Counted from the first letter of the stretch, positions 41,354 to 51,974 are shown. The stretch is 64,000 nt of DNA from Leptolyngbyaceae cyanobacterium (GCA_965263355.1 CBDHHL010000056.1:704001-768000), one strand, 5' to 3'. The notes: generated by a model not told the origin, from the sequence alone. Made by a program: numbers and translations.

Positions 41354-41422
41354 TTAAGCCACGTCCAGGTTGAAATCGGTAGGTTCTTCTACAGAAAAAC
41401 CACCATTCTGGACGTGGACAAG
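41354..41422. repeat. Dispersed ~70-bp palindromic element, copy 1
   Basis: CCACGTCCAG...CTGGACGTGG inverted repeat; homologue in opposite orientation at 51905-51974. Confidence 0.75.
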
Positions 41423-41471
41423 ATTTAGTTTGCACCTTTCTCATTTCCCAAACTTGGAACATTAAACCACC

Positions 41472-41792
41472 ATGGCTGCTGAATATATTCTCGATGAAAC
41501 GGCCCTTGATAATCTGCTCACTAGCCAACCCTTAGTAGTTTTAGACTGTACGGCTTCCTGGTGTGGCCCATGTAAGCTAGTAGCTCCACTTATGGATCAA
41601 CTAGCTGAAGAATATGGTGATCAAGTCACCGTTGTTAAACTCGACATTGATCAAAATAAGGCGATCGCCAAACGATTTGGCATTAAAAGTATTCCCGCCG
41701 TATTGTTCTTTAAGCAAGGAGAACAAGTAGACACAGTAATCGGAGCCAAGCCCTATAGCGAGTTTAGTTCTACATTAGCCAAGTATCTCTGA
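41472..41792 (+). CDS. Thioredoxin
   Basis: WCGPC motif. Confidence 0.95.
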   Translation: MAAEYILDETALDNLLTSQPLVVLDCTASWCGPCKLVAPLMDQLAEEYGDQVTVVKLDIDQNKAIAKRFGIKSIPAVLFFKQGEQVDTVIGAKPYSEFSSTLAKYL

Positions 41793-42052
41793 GCAATAAA
41801 AAAAGTTGGCAGGTGTAGATTGTCTATAACTTTTTACATCTCTTGGAGATAACAACTTAAGCAGTTCACCCATATAAACTTAAGCTAGATAGCTTAATCA
41901 GCTAAATAACAACACCATTAGACTAAATGAACATCTTAGCTAAATAGGTAAGTTCGTAACTCAAACGAGACCAACATTCTCTTCGAGAGAATCTCCATGG
42001 GAACAAAAACCTATTTGTAGCTGAGTTGCTCATAACCTTCGAGAACAAGTCT

Positions 42053-42789
42053 ATGAACTTAACAAAACGCTGTATCGCCGAAGCTATCGGTACCATGTGG
42101 CTAGTATTAGGTGGCTGCGGCAGTGCCGTTTTAGCAGCCATCTTTACCGCTGGCGATCTCAATATCGGTATTGGTCTAGTCGGTGTTTCCCTTGCATTTG
42201 GTTTAACCGTTATGACCATGGCCTATGCCATTGGCCATATTTCTGGTTGTCACCTCAACCCAGCGGTTTCTTTTGGCCTTTGGGCAGGTAAACGCTTTCC
42301 TGGTTCAGAACTGTTGCCTTATATTATTGCCCAAGTGATTGGGGCAATTGTGGGTGCTGGCATCCTGCTGATTATTGCCAATGGTCAACCTGCTTTGAGC
42401 TAATCGGCTCAAACCCTCTAGCCACTAATGGATTTGGAGCCCATTCCCCCGGTGGATATTCTCTCCTGGCTTGTTTAGTGACCGAAATCGTCATGACCTT
42501 TATGTTTTTGATGATTATCCTGGGAGCAACAGATAGTAGAGCACCCAAAGGATTTGCGCCCATTGCCATCGGTCTTGGCCTCACACTGATTCACCTAATC
42601 AGTATTCCGGTTACAAATACCTCAGTAAATCCAGCCCGCAGTCTTGGACCCGCCATTTTTGCCGGTCCTGAACTGCTATCTCAAACCTGGTTATTCTGGA
42701 TTGCACCTATCTTAGGAGCCCTATTGGCAGGTTTCGTCTATAACTCTATTTTTGCCCCCAGTCGAGACACTGTACGTGAGCTGACCTAA
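42053..42789 (+). CDS. aqpZ: Aquaporin Z, single frameshift near 42393 (error or pseudogene)
   Basis: SGCHLNPAV and TSVNPARS lie in two frames; adding one base restores [17 protein letters not shown]. Confidence 0.88.
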
Positions 42790-43016
42790 TTTATAGACAT
42801 AGCAATCCTTTGAATGCATTCAATCGAAATCAACAGTTCAGTCATTCTCTCAAGGAAAATTCAGCTACATTGCGCAAACAATCCTTGATTTTCGAGACTA
42901 GACTGAAAATGCATCAATTAAACAAGTAGATTTGCGACTTACTGTATTGCTACTACTTGACCAATTGGCTGGTTTGTGTTTCCAATTTTTTATTCTCTGA
43001 CACGTTTGTGTTTTAT

Positions 43017-43052
43017 CTCCCAATGGGCTGTGGGCTCGTTGGGAGTTTTTTT
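43017..43052 (+). terminator. Rho-independent terminator
   Basis: CTCCCAATGGGC/GCTCGTTGGGAG stem plus T-run. Confidence 0.7.
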
Positions 43053-43384
43053 ATTCCTTAAATATACTGAAATCAATCCGGTGAGCCTGTATATTTTTGC
43101 AGCATGACAGTATCTCAAGCTTGGGATCCGCTGGCTAACGTTACAACTACCCCCTAGGTAGAGTTTGTAACCTGATCAAGCTGGGTAAACTATGGACTGA
43201 AACATCCCCTCATCTTTATCCTAAAAATTACGGGTACAGATCGTTGAAATCCAGCAGCTATTTCCGTAAACCTACTTACTTATTGCGCCAACTTCATCGA
43301 TTTTTTAACAAACACAGAAAGTAGCTAAGAAAATAGATCCACATTACTTTTTGTGACATTGCTGCTCACTCGTAGATCTACTAT

Positions 43385-44092
43385 ATGACTACACTTACCC
43401 TGAAAAAGTCCATGCGGCCCGATCTTCTAAGTGAACTATTTCCACTATTCAACGCCGCAAATCCTGAAACCTTAACGGGTCTGCTGTCTGCATCCACTGA
43501 GCTGACCTATCCAGCTGGTCGCACTGTCCTGATGGAAGATTCCTGGGGCAATGCCATCTATCTGATTGTGGCTGGCTGGATTAAAGTACGTCACAATACA
43601 GGCGGCGACTACGTTACCTTAGCTGTGCTAGGCAAAGGCGACTTCTTTGGGGAAATGGCAATTCTAGACGAATCACCCCGCTCCACCGATGTCGTTGCCC
43701 TATCTCCAGTCCAGTTGCTAAGTATTCCAGCCCAGCACTTCATCAATACGCTTTTCCAAGACCATCATCTGCACCATCGCATGTTACAGATGATGGTGAG
43801 ACGACTGCGCCATACTAATAGTCACTTTCAGCGGCGGCGTAAACCTACGGCAATCAAGTTAGCCCATACCCTCACAGTCCTAGCCGAGGCATACGGTGAG
43901 AACAAAGATACTGTGCCAGAAATTTTTAACTTAGCTATCGATGATCTAGCAGCCATTTCCGATATTCCCAAAGAAGACGCCGCCAAAATTATGGAAAAGT
44001 TGCGGGAAAAGGGGTGGATTGTCACAGGGCAAAATGGGCAGACACTTCAGTTAAAAGGGTTTAATCATTTAACTCAGTTGGCTCAAAAGTAG
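43385..44092 (+). CDS. Crp/Fnr family regulator
   Basis: GDFFGEMAILDESPRS cNMP-binding motif; C-terminal HTH. Confidence 0.9.
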   Translation: MTTLTLKKSMRPDLLSELFPLFNAANPETLTGLLSASTELTYPAGRTVLMEDSWGNAIYLIVAGWIKVRHNTGGDYVTLAVLGKGDFFGEMAILDESPRSTDVVALSPVQLLSIPAQHFINTLFQDHHLHHRMLQMMVRRLRHTNSHFQRRRKPTAIKLAHTLTVLAEAYGENKDTVPEIFNLAIDDLAAISDIPKEDAAKIMEKLREKGWIVTGQNGQTLQLKGFNHLTQLAQK

Positions 44093-44234
44093 TTTAGGGG
44101 TGAGGGGTGAGTAGATAAACGCTATTGCCCACTGCCCATTGCTCAGTGCCCTGATTACAAATCATTGCAAAATATTGAAAAAAAGCTTGCTCTCTAAAGG
44201 TGCTTTTGAAAGTTAGGCAGATACTTAAGGTGCC

Positions 44235-44744
44235 GTGCCAGAGTTACGCTTCATGGATTCTAAACTGCCTCCTTCCATTAGTCCTCGTCAAATGAATCTG
44301 CTGCGCATAGTGCTAGCGTTGGCATGGGCTGATGGCAACTTAGCAAAAGAAGAAGCTGATGTTATGCTCACTAGCTTCAGCCAGGTGTTTGCCGCCACAC
44401 CTGATAGTCGAGAGGCTGTCAAACAAGAACTCCAAGGTTATCTAATTCAGGACGTTCCCCTAGAAGAAGTGGTCCCCAGTATCACCACTCAGGCAGAAAA
44501 GGAATTTGTGCTACGTCTGAGCTACGAAGTCATTAGCGCCAGTGCCCGCACACCAGACGAAGAGCTAATTAATCAGGATGAACGGGCTACTTATCAAAAG
44601 TTGGTAGATTTGCTGGACTTACCCAGTGAAACCGTTGAGCGGATTGAGCAATCCGCTCAAACAGCCCTTGGACAAAACCAGACCGAGGGAAATAATGTAG
44701 TGGATTTACTGACGTATCAACTGCGGGAGCATTTGAATGTTTAG
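44235..44744 (+). CDS. TerB-like protein
   Basis: ALAWADG.L..EE; E...Y..L..LL.L motifs. Confidence 0.75.
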   Translation: MPELRFMDSKLPPSISPRQMNLLRIVLALAWADGNLAKEEADVMLTSFSQVFAATPDSREAVKQELQGYLIQDVPLEEVVPSITTQAEKEFVLRLSYEVISASARTPDEELINQDERATYQKLVDLLDLPSETVERIEQSAQTALGQNQTEGNNVVDLLTYQLREHLNV

Positions 44745-44816
44745 TTAGTGCAATGGGCAATAGGAGTACCTACCTATTGCCATTACGCCTAAGCCAATTT
44801 CTTAATCCTTATGCAC

Positions 44817-45773
44817 TTAAGCACTCATTGTGAGCATGCGCTGAATCGGTACCAGAGCCTGTTGCTGAATATCTGCAGGCAGGGTAATTTCTGGGGTACG
44901 GTTTTTCATGGCCAGATAGAGTTTTTCTAGCGTGTTTAGTCGCATATGGGGACATTCATTGCACTGGCAATTGGCATCGGGAGGAGCAGGAATAAATAGC
45001 TTATGAGGCACCTGCTTTTCCATTTGGTGGATAATGCCAGACTCCGTAACCACGATAAATTGCTCAGTGTCACTGCTTTCTACATATTTGAGTAGGGCTG
45101 TAGTTGAGCCAATATAGTTAGCATGACGCAAGATTGCCTGTTCGCATTCGGGATGGGCCACAATTTCAGCATTGGGATGCTCCATTTTTAGCTGCAGCAT
45201 CTTTTTTTCGGAAAAGGTTTCATGCACTATACAGCTGCCCTGCCACAACACTAAATCCCGACCAGTCTGGGCAGCAACATAGCGTCCCAAATTACGATCC
45301 GGCGCAAAAATAATTGGTTGCTCTGGCGAAATCTGATTCACAAGCTTTACAGCATTTGAGCTAGTGCAGATAATGTCGCTCATAGCTTTAATTTCAGCGG
45401 TGCAGTTAATGTAAGACACCACAATATGGTCAGGATGGTCGGCCTTAAACTTGGCAAACTCTGCTGGTGGGCAACTATCTGCCAGGGAGCAACCGGCTGC
45501 CAGATCCGGTAGAAGTACCAGCTTATCAGGGTTCAAAATTTTGGCCGTTTCAGCCATAAAGTGCACCCCTGCAAACACAATCACCTCAGCATCAGTCGCC
45601 GCTGCCTTCTGGGATAATCCCAGCGAGTCCCCAATGTAGTCAGCAATGTCTTGAATATCTGGCTCCTGATAATAATGCGCCAAAACAATAGCATTGAGTT
45701 CTTTCTTCAAATCCTCAATGGCACTAAATAGGTTCTTGGGTAGGGGGGCGGAAACCGATGCAGTTGTGAACAT
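44817..45773 (-). CDS. nadA: Quinolinate synthase
   Basis: [41 protein letters not shown] motifs. Confidence 0.97.
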   Translation of the reverse strand: MFTTASVSAPLPKNLFSAIEDLKKELNAIVLAHYYQEPDIQDIADYIGDSLGLSQKAAATDAEVIVFAGVHFMAETAKILNPDKLVLLPDLAAGCSLADSCPPAEFAKFKADHPDHIVVSYINCTAEIKAMSDIICTSSNAVKLVNQISPEQPIIFAPDRNLGRYVAAQTGRDLVLWQGSCIVHETFSEKKMLQLKMEHPNAEIVAHPECEQAILRHANYIGSTTALLKYVESSDTEQFIVVTESGIIHQMEKQVPHKLFIPAPPDANCQCNECPHMRLNTLEKLYLAMKNRTPEITLPADIQQQALVPIQRMLTMSA

Positions 45774-46082
45774 AGAGATAAACTCGTGGCTAGTTTTGGT
45801 TTTGATATTAGTTTTAACGTGACCTAATTATAGTTATTTCAACCATAAATATCAGCAAATACTTTTGTATGTCTTAATTAAAAGTGTTTAACGGGGAACG
45901 TAGCTACCCTTAAAGCAGCGAATTCCTTTAAGGGTTTGGAAGTACTGCTTTAAGGACATCGCTGACAAAGAAGTTATCGGTTATTTAGGCCCCCTTCAAG
46001 CCTGTAAGAGGGGAATTTTCAACCGATGTAGCCTTTCAAAAAATGCTTAAACGCTCTTTCTAATTTCTTCTTAGCCCAACTT

Positions 46083-46919
46083 TTAGCTTGCTAATTCAAT
46101 ATCAAATTGCTTACAGAGGCTTGTCACAGCCTTTACCCAACCATCGGGAGCTGGTGATGGTGCAATCTCCCAACCACGATTTCCCAATTGAGGGTGAGGT
46201 CCCTTAACTCCCGGTAACACAATCGGATGGTCAACATGCTCTAGCATGTCTAAATCATTGGGACTATTCCCTAGGCCAATGGTGATGATGGTTTCCTCTG
46301 GAGGCAATATGCTTTGGTAAAGAGAGACCAAGCGTTTCACAGCATTCCCTTTACCAGCCTCAGGCCCAATTAGGTGGGAAAACCGATCGCCCACAACTAC
46401 TTTGAACCCCATTGACTCAACAGCCTCAACGATTTGCTCAGAGGGCACGGCTTTGGGCGTAATAAATGGCTCACTAAATTCACGGGCCTTGGCTTCTTGG
46501 GCGTCTTTAGCCGAAAGTCCTGTATATTTTTGCAACCGGGCTATGGTCATGTCACCAAACCCGAGCAAAGAATGGCGCAACTCGTTGGCAATTACCCGTA
46601 AGGCTGCCCTGGACTGTACGTAAGGACAGCCTAAATCTACTACGTAATAATTTCCCTCCTGCTCCCCTGGAGGTTCATTAAAGGGATTATGATTAATTTC
46701 AACAAAAATACCGCTACCGTTCTCAGTAACAAATGGATCACTTAACCCTACGTCTTGGCGCAGTGTAGAGACTTCAGCTCGGGTTTTGCTGGTTACTGGT
46801 ACAACTGGAATTTTTAATGACTTTAATTGCTGGATAATGGGCACGGTCGCAGCGTAATCATAGGTCTCACTGTTGAGTAGCGTGCCGTCGAGGTCGGTAA
46901 AAATAATCAGCTGGGTCAT
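46083..46919 (-). CDS. Mannosyl/glucosyl-3-phosphoglycerate phosphatase (HAD-IIB)
   Basis: FTDLDGTLL, TSKTRAE, ENGS, REFSEPF, GLGNSPND motifs. Confidence 0.85.
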   Translation of the reverse strand: MTQLIIFTDLDGTLLNSETYDYAATVPIIQQLKSLKIPVVPVTSKTRAEVSTLRQDVGLSDPFVTENGSGIFVEINHNPFNEPPGEQEGNYYVVDLGCPYVQSRAALRVIANELRHSLLGFGDMTIARLQKYTGLSAKDAQEAKAREFSEPFITPKAVPSEQIVEAVESMGFKVVVGDRFSHLIGPEAGKGNAVKRLVSLYQSILPPEETIITIGLGNSPNDLDMLEHVDHPIVLPGVKGPHPQLGNRGWEIAPSPAPDGWVKAVTSLCKQFDIELAS

Positions 46920-46974
46920 TGGAAGTAAACGTACCTTGGACCAATCAGAATATGTCTAGATTAAACAATGATGT

Positions 46975-47943
46975 ATGACGCTGATAGAGGCAAATAAAAT
47001 TGGAGCGATCGCATCCCAGTCAATAACCATCGCTATCATCGGCGATGTGCATGATCAGTGGAGTCCCGCAGATGCCCAAGCACTGGCAGCCCTGGATGTA
47101 GACTTAGCATTGTTTGTAGGCGATTTTGGCAATGAAGCAATCGCCATTGTTCGCCAGATAGCTGCCCTATCCGTCCCCAAAGCCGTTATTTTAGGTAACC
47201 ATGATGCCTGGTATACGGCCAGTCAACGCAACCGCAAAAAGTGCCCTTATGACCCAACTAAAGAAGATCGGGTGCAGCAGCAGCTAGATGCCTTAGGCCG
47301 CTGTCATGTTGGCTTTGGCAAGCTAGAGCTGCCCCAGTGGAATATAACTGTGATCGGCGCACGTCCGTTTAGCTGGGGTGGGGCTAACTGGCGTTACAAA
47401 CAGTTCTATAAAGAGCGGTATGGCGTTTCTAGTTTTGCCGAATCCACTGCCAGAATCTGCGCAATGATAGACAGGGCAGACCATGACACGTTAATTTTTT
47501 TAGGCCATAACGGCCCAGCGGGCTTAGGCAATCAGACGCATAACATTTGTGGACGGGATTGGAAACGTAAAGGGGGTGATTATGGAGACCCGGATTTTGC
47601 GGATGCGATCGCATCCGCTCACCAATCGAACCGACAGGTGGCTCTGGTCGCCTTTGGCCACATGCACCATGAGCTTAGGCATGATAAAACGCGACTACGA
47701 GAACGTTTAGTCGTAGACGACTACGGTACTGTGTACGCCAACGGAGCCCAGGTGCCCCGAGTCGTAGAAACTGACAGTGGCTGGCGGTACAGCTTTACCT
47801 TGGTGACCCTGCAATCTGGCATAGTCCAAACTGTGCGGTTGATTTGGGTAAATAGCCTAAACAAAATCGTATCTGAGGACTATCTATATCCCTCGCCACA
47901 AAAAGTTAACGTCCCTCTGGACGCCATGGTGAATTTGGGCTAG
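46975..47943 (+). CDS. Metallophosphoesterase (DevT-like)
   Basis: GDVH, VGDFGNE, LGNHD, GHNGP, FGHMH motifs. Confidence 0.85.
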   Translation: MTLIEANKIGAIASQSITIAIIGDVHDQWSPADAQALAALDVDLALFVGDFGNEAIAIVRQIAALSVPKAVILGNHDAWYTASQRNRKKCPYDPTKEDRVQQQLDALGRCHVGFGKLELPQWNITVIGARPFSWGGANWRYKQFYKERYGVSSFAESTARICAMIDRADHDTLIFLGHNGPAGLGNQTHNICGRDWKRKGGDYGDPDFADAIASAHQSNRQVALVAFGHMHHELRHDKTRLRERLVVDDYGTVYANGAQVPRVVETDSGWRYSFTLVTLQSGIVQTVRLIWVNSLNKIVSEDYLYPSPQKVNVPLDAMVNLG

Positions 47944-47981
47944 CATTACTGATGCTTCTGGCCTATGCTGGTAAGCCGTTT

Positions 47982-48066
47982 GGAGAGGTGGCAGAGTGGT
48001 CGATTGCGCTCGACTTGAAATCGAGTGAGCCGCAAGGTTCCGAGGGTTCGAATCCCTCCCTCTCCG
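47982..48066 (+). tRNA. tRNA-Ser(TGA)
   Basis: GGAGAGG/CCTCTCC acceptor stem, CTCGA-CTTGAAA-TCGAG anticodon arm, long variable arm, GGTTCGAATCC. Confidence 0.97.
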
Positions 48067-48121
48067 TTATAAATTTCAAGCTTTACAGCGTTATTTGAGC
48101 TGCTATCTGGATGGTCAGGTG

Positions 48122-48552
48122 TTTGTCGCTTGAGCGACAGCAGTCGATGAGCGCTCGGTTTTGAACCGGGCGTGGGGGAATGGAGCCTGTCCGAGCTGCA
48201 AATATGCGGTCATGACGATTGGCAAATGGCATGGACCGCCCAGGGTTCAAAATCCAGGGCTAATTGAATCAAAACCCGCTGAAGGAGTTGAGGGTTTTGT
48301 CGCTTGAGCGACAGCGATCGATGAGCGCCCGGTTTTGAATCGGGCGTGGGGGAATGGAGCCTGTCCGAGCTGCAAATATGCGGTCATGACGATTGGCAAA
48401 TGGCATGGACCGCCCAGGGTTCAAAACCCAGGGCTAACCGGATCAAAACCCGCTAAAGTGGTTCGTAGCTTGTAGATGATCCCAATAACATGAGTATTTT
48501 GTCGCTTGAGCGACAGCCCTCAATTAGCGCCCGGTTTTGAACCGTGCGTGGG
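48122..48552. repeat. BIME/REP-like composite repeat: two ~174-bp units plus a partial third
   Basis: TTTGTCGCTTGAGCGACAGC at 48122, 48296 and 48498; copies differ at several positions; internal palindromes. Confidence 0.85.
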
Positions 48553-48587
48553 TGCTTTGCCGCACCCTATAGCCCAAGGGGCATGCG

Positions 48588-49073
48588 CTAAAGCGTGAGG
48601 ACTAGGACTTTTTCCGCAATCGGGTCCACTATCCAATATTCTGGAATGCTTCGCTGGGCATATTCTTGGCGTTTTTCAATATAGTCGCGGTCGCGGGATG
48701 CTTTGTCAGTATCACTACTAGAAACAACGTCTACAACTAACCTGGGGACTGGCTGACCTAGTCGTAATAGCTTTCCATCTTTGAGAATCGCAGAAGCTGA
48801 TTCCTCAGAATGGATAATCAAATCGGGTTGCCGTGCAGTCACCTTGGTGGAGATTACCTGAATCTGATGGTTAGTAGCCAGACAGTAGTAGGGGACACCC
48901 AATTTCAAAAGGTAACTGATCAAAAACAGTGCAATCGTATTGTTGAGAGGGCTTTCCGTTGGCATTGCGACTAAAATTCCATGCACCAGTTCATAGCGAG
49001 TATCGGTGCCGTCGTCATAGGCCAGATACTCCTCCAGCGTCATAGTTTGAGTTGTGGGTTTAGCAACTGTCAT
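48588..49073 (-). CDS. Uma2 family endonuclease, C-terminally shortened
   Basis: RYELV.G....MPTES, RQPDL, RDYIEKRQEY...IPEYWIVDP motifs. Confidence 0.8.
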   Translation of the reverse strand: MTVAKPTTQTMTLEEYLAYDDGTDTRYELVHGILVAMPTESPLNNTIALFLISYLLKLGVPYYCLATNHQIQVISTKVTARQPDLIIHSEESASAILKDGKLLRLGQPVPRLVVDVVSSSDTDKASRDRDYIEKRQEYAQRSIPEYWIVDPIAEKVLVLTL

Positions 49074-49219
49074 GGCAAACCTCTCTGAGTGCCAGCATTC
49101 TAATGGTTCCATGATAACGCTATCAACTAGGTCTACCAGTTGGTTAGAGATGCGTGGTTATGAGATATGCGATCGCACAAGCATTGACTCGTCATCTTGC
49201 AAGCCCAAGCACTCACCAT

Positions 49220-49678
49220 CTATGAATCGATGGGCTCAAATAGGATGACATCAACGGATGGCAGCGATTCAAAGGCTTCTAAAATCAGCGGTTTAACGTC
49301 TGACCAGGTCAAGCCACCATTGCCACAACCAAGGGGAGGAATGGCAATAGACTGGATGCCCAAATCTTGAACTTCGTTAATCAAGGCGGTGAGTCCTGAC
49401 TGAATGTCCTCAATCTTGGACTTCTGTCGCCAGTGACGTTTGGTTGGGAAGTTGATGATGTAACGGGGATTGAACAACGTTTCTGTCGCTACGGTGAACA
49501 TATGCCCAGGCTGCACTTGACTGTTTTTACAGGCTTTTTGATAGTACTTAAAGTTTTCTGGAAAGGCTTGTTTGAACTGCAGGGCAATGCCTTTGCCCAT
49601 AATGCCAACACAATTAACCGCATTGACGAGGGCTTCGGCTTCTTCTTCCAAAAGGTTGCCACGTTTTAACTTGAGCAT
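49220..49678 (-). CDS. Macro-domain protein (DarG N-terminal-like)
   Basis: ALVNAVNCVGIMGKGIALQFK, IINFPTKRHWR, IPPLGCGNGGL motifs. Confidence 0.9.
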   Translation of the reverse strand: MLKLKRGNLLEEEAEALVNAVNCVGIMGKGIALQFKQAFPENFKYYQKACKNSQVQPGHMFTVATETLFNPRYIINFPTKRHWRQKSKIEDIQSGLTALINEVQDLGIQSIAIPPLGCGNGGLTWSDVKPLILEAFESLPSVDVILFEPIDS

Positions 49679-49765
49679 TTGACTGTATGCCTTGATAGGT
49701 CTTCAATAAGGCTGCATTTGAATAGGGCACTTACAATAGGAGTTAATAGCTCAAGGCAATCAATA

Positions 49766-50167
49766 ATGGCCCAAATTACGATTGAAGTTCCTGACGAATT
49801 TGCTCAACGTCTAGAACCTTTCCAAAATCAGCTTTCTGAACTCTTTACTCGTTTTATTTCTGCAACAGTACTGAGTAAAACATCAGAAGCAATGGCCACA
49901 TCAACCGATCATGTTGCCTCTCCACCCAAGACCTATCAGGAGGTGCTCGATTTCCTAATTAGCCGTCCCACATCTCAGGAAATTATTGGCTTTAAGGTAT
50001 CCGAGCAATCCCAAACTCGTCTGCAAACCTTACTGCAGAAAAATCGTGATGCGGGGCTTAGCCTGGAGGAAAAAAGTGAGCTAGACCTTTACGAGCAATT
50101 AGATACTCTGATGAGTCTACTCAAAGCTAGAGCTTTTGTAACCTTCAAGCCTGCAACCGAATCTTAG
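49766..50167 (+). CDS. Hypothetical antitoxin-like partner of the HNH gene
   Basis: EVLDFL...PT..EII.F..S...Q.RL..LL.KN...L..EE..ELD pattern; directly upstream of HNH. Confidence 0.65.
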   Translation: MAQITIEVPDEFAQRLEPFQNQLSELFTRFISATVLSKTSEAMATSTDHVASPPKTYQEVLDFLISRPTSQEIIGFKVSEQSQTRLQTLLQKNRDAGLSLEEKSELDLYEQLDTLMSLLKARAFVTFKPATES

Positions 50168-50174
50168 CCAGGGA

Positions 50175-50591
50175 ATGTCCTACATATCAGACAAGCTAAG
50201 ACTCTCGGTGCGCCAACGGGCCGATGAAAAGTGCGAATATTGCTTTATCCATCAAACCTTTTCGATTTACAGCCATGAAATTGATCATGCAGTGGCTATC
50301 AAGCATGGTGGTCAAACCACTTTCGAAAACCTTGTTTTAGCCTGTCTTCCCTGCAACCGTCATAAAGGCACAGACCTAACCAGCATTGATACAGTAACCA
50401 GCGAAATTACCCCTCTCTTCAATCCCAGAACCCATAGCTGGAAAGATCACTTCGAACTACAAAATGGCTATATTTTGGGCTTAACAGCTATTGGGCGAAC
50501 GACCGTTTTTCTTTTGCAACTCAATGAACCGAATCGTCTGCAACTGAGACAAATGCTTGCATCCCAAGGTCTCTATCCAGATTTAACTTGA
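50175..50591 (+). CDS. HNH endonuclease
   Basis: CEYC...HEIDH...KHGG...NLVLAC.PCN.HKG motif. Confidence 0.9.
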   Translation: MSYISDKLRLSVRQRADEKCEYCFIHQTFSIYSHEIDHAVAIKHGGQTTFENLVLACLPCNRHKGTDLTSIDTVTSEITPLFNPRTHSWKDHFELQNGYILGLTAIGRTTVFLLQLNEPNRLQLRQMLASQGLYPDLT

Positions 50592-50666
50592 ATCAAGAGT
50601 CAGTGAGCATCAGTTCGTTTATGGTAACTTGAGCTTCAAATTCAGAGACCAGGGAGAAACTGAATT

Positions 50667-51575
50667 ATGCATCTGTCATTTACTCAAACCCAAGCTTATA
50701 ACAGTGCGATCTCAACTTCAGCTCAACTAGCAGACCATGGATACTGGGCGATTGACCTGGAGACCACAGGCGTTGGTAGCAACGATGAACCCGTGGAAGT
50801 TGGTATTGTTGACCACACCATGAAAACGGTATTTCACTCCTATGTGATGCCCACTGTCCCCATTAGTCAGCAGGCTACGGCTAAAAATGGTCTGTCGATG
50901 GCTATCCTCAAGGAAAAAGGAGCTCCACTGTGGGATGAGGTACAACCTCAATTAGTGGAACTCTTTAGCAATCCTCCTGCCACTGTGGTTATCCACAATA
51001 AGAACTTTGATCTACGCATTTTAGAGCAGGTCGGTTTTACGTTACCGGATCATGTACCGGTTGTTTGCTCACTAGAGCTATCGCGAATACTACAACCTGA
51101 TGAAGCTGCCCTTAATGGCAGCCACACTGCTGTAGGAGACTGCGAGGAGGTTATAAAACGTCTGCGCCAGTTTGCCAGCACTCCCATGCTGGACTACCCA
51201 GAAATGCAGATGGATGAAGCGACTACCGTGATCGAGACTATTAAACGGTTGCGGCTTCAGAAAAAAGAGCTAGAAGACCAGGAGAAGATGCTATCTGAAA
51301 AGTTAACCCGTCTCATGGTCACTCAGAAGGTGGATGCTATATCTGGCAAGAACTGGCAAGCCGTACTAGAAACCTCATGGAAGCAACCTAAGGTGGCTGA
51401 CGGGTTCACTATTGAGGATGTCATAGAGGCGTATCCAAATCTCTGCTATGACAAGCCCACCCTTAAACCTTCGGCAACTCGATCTTTGCCCAAGATTGTC
51501 AGAGAAAACGGTGGAAAGTTGCCTGATTGCCTGATTGCTACGGAATCACAGGGCATCAAGATTAAGAAGGCTTAG
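50667..51575 (+). CDS. DEDDh 3'-5' exonuclease with C-terminal coiled-coil extension
   Basis: IDLETTG, HNKNFD, HTAVGD motifs. Confidence 0.8.
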   Translation: MHLSFTQTQAYNSAISTSAQLADHGYWAIDLETTGVGSNDEPVEVGIVDHTMKTVFHSYVMPTVPISQQATAKNGLSMAILKEKGAPLWDEVQPQLVELFSNPPATVVIHNKNFDLRILEQVGFTLPDHVPVVCSLELSRILQPDEAALNGSHTAVGDCEEVIKRLRQFASTPMLDYPEMQMDEATTVIETIKRLRLQKKELEDQEKMLSEKLTRLMVTQKVDAISGKNWQAVLETSWKQPKVADGFTIEDVIEAYPNLCYDKPTLKPSATRSLPKIVRENGGKLPDCLIATESQGIKIKKA

Positions 51576-51628
51576 TTGTAGCACAGTGCATCAGTTATCT
51601 ACGTACCGTCAAGGTTAGCCGCTGGCAA

Positions 51629-51697
51629 TTAGATGGTCTGTGATTGTTCTTCGGTTGAAAGAGCTAAAAGCTTGGATTGTAAGTCTTGTAAAGTCAT
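51629..51697 (-). pseudogene. Fragment of a TA-type gene (MTLQDLQSKLLALSTEEQSQTI)
   Basis: Preceded by the same leader as the genes starting at 62691 and 63767. Confidence 0.5.
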
Positions 51698-51904
51698 GGG
51701 TCTGGCCCATTAGCAGGTTCTTAGTTATAGCTGTCGGGGTCTAAATGACACATTTCCTTGGCTGTGGGATGTGACAGTTGGTTATGTCAACTTTAGATAA
51801 TTGGGATTGGTGAGAATAGTTCAGTGCTGATAGCTTATTGAGCAATCGTATAAACACGCAAAGTGTCAACATAGCTGATCAATCAGTAAGATCTAGTAAT
51901 AAAC

Positions 51905-51974
51905 CTTGGCCACGTCCAGAACTGGAGTTTTTCCGGCGGGCAAAGCTACAGGTTTCAACTTGGACGTGGTTTAA
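51905..51974. repeat. Dispersed ~70-bp palindromic element, copy 2
   Basis: Reverse complement aligns with 41354-41422. Confidence 0.75.

Noticed and set aside
42380..42405. Programmed frameshift in aqpZ
   Set aside because: No slippery sequence; a one-base loss fits the error pattern of this sequence.
48122..48552. CRISPR array
   Set aside because: Intervening sequences are near-identical rather than unique spacers, the period is about 174 bp, and no cas genes are present.
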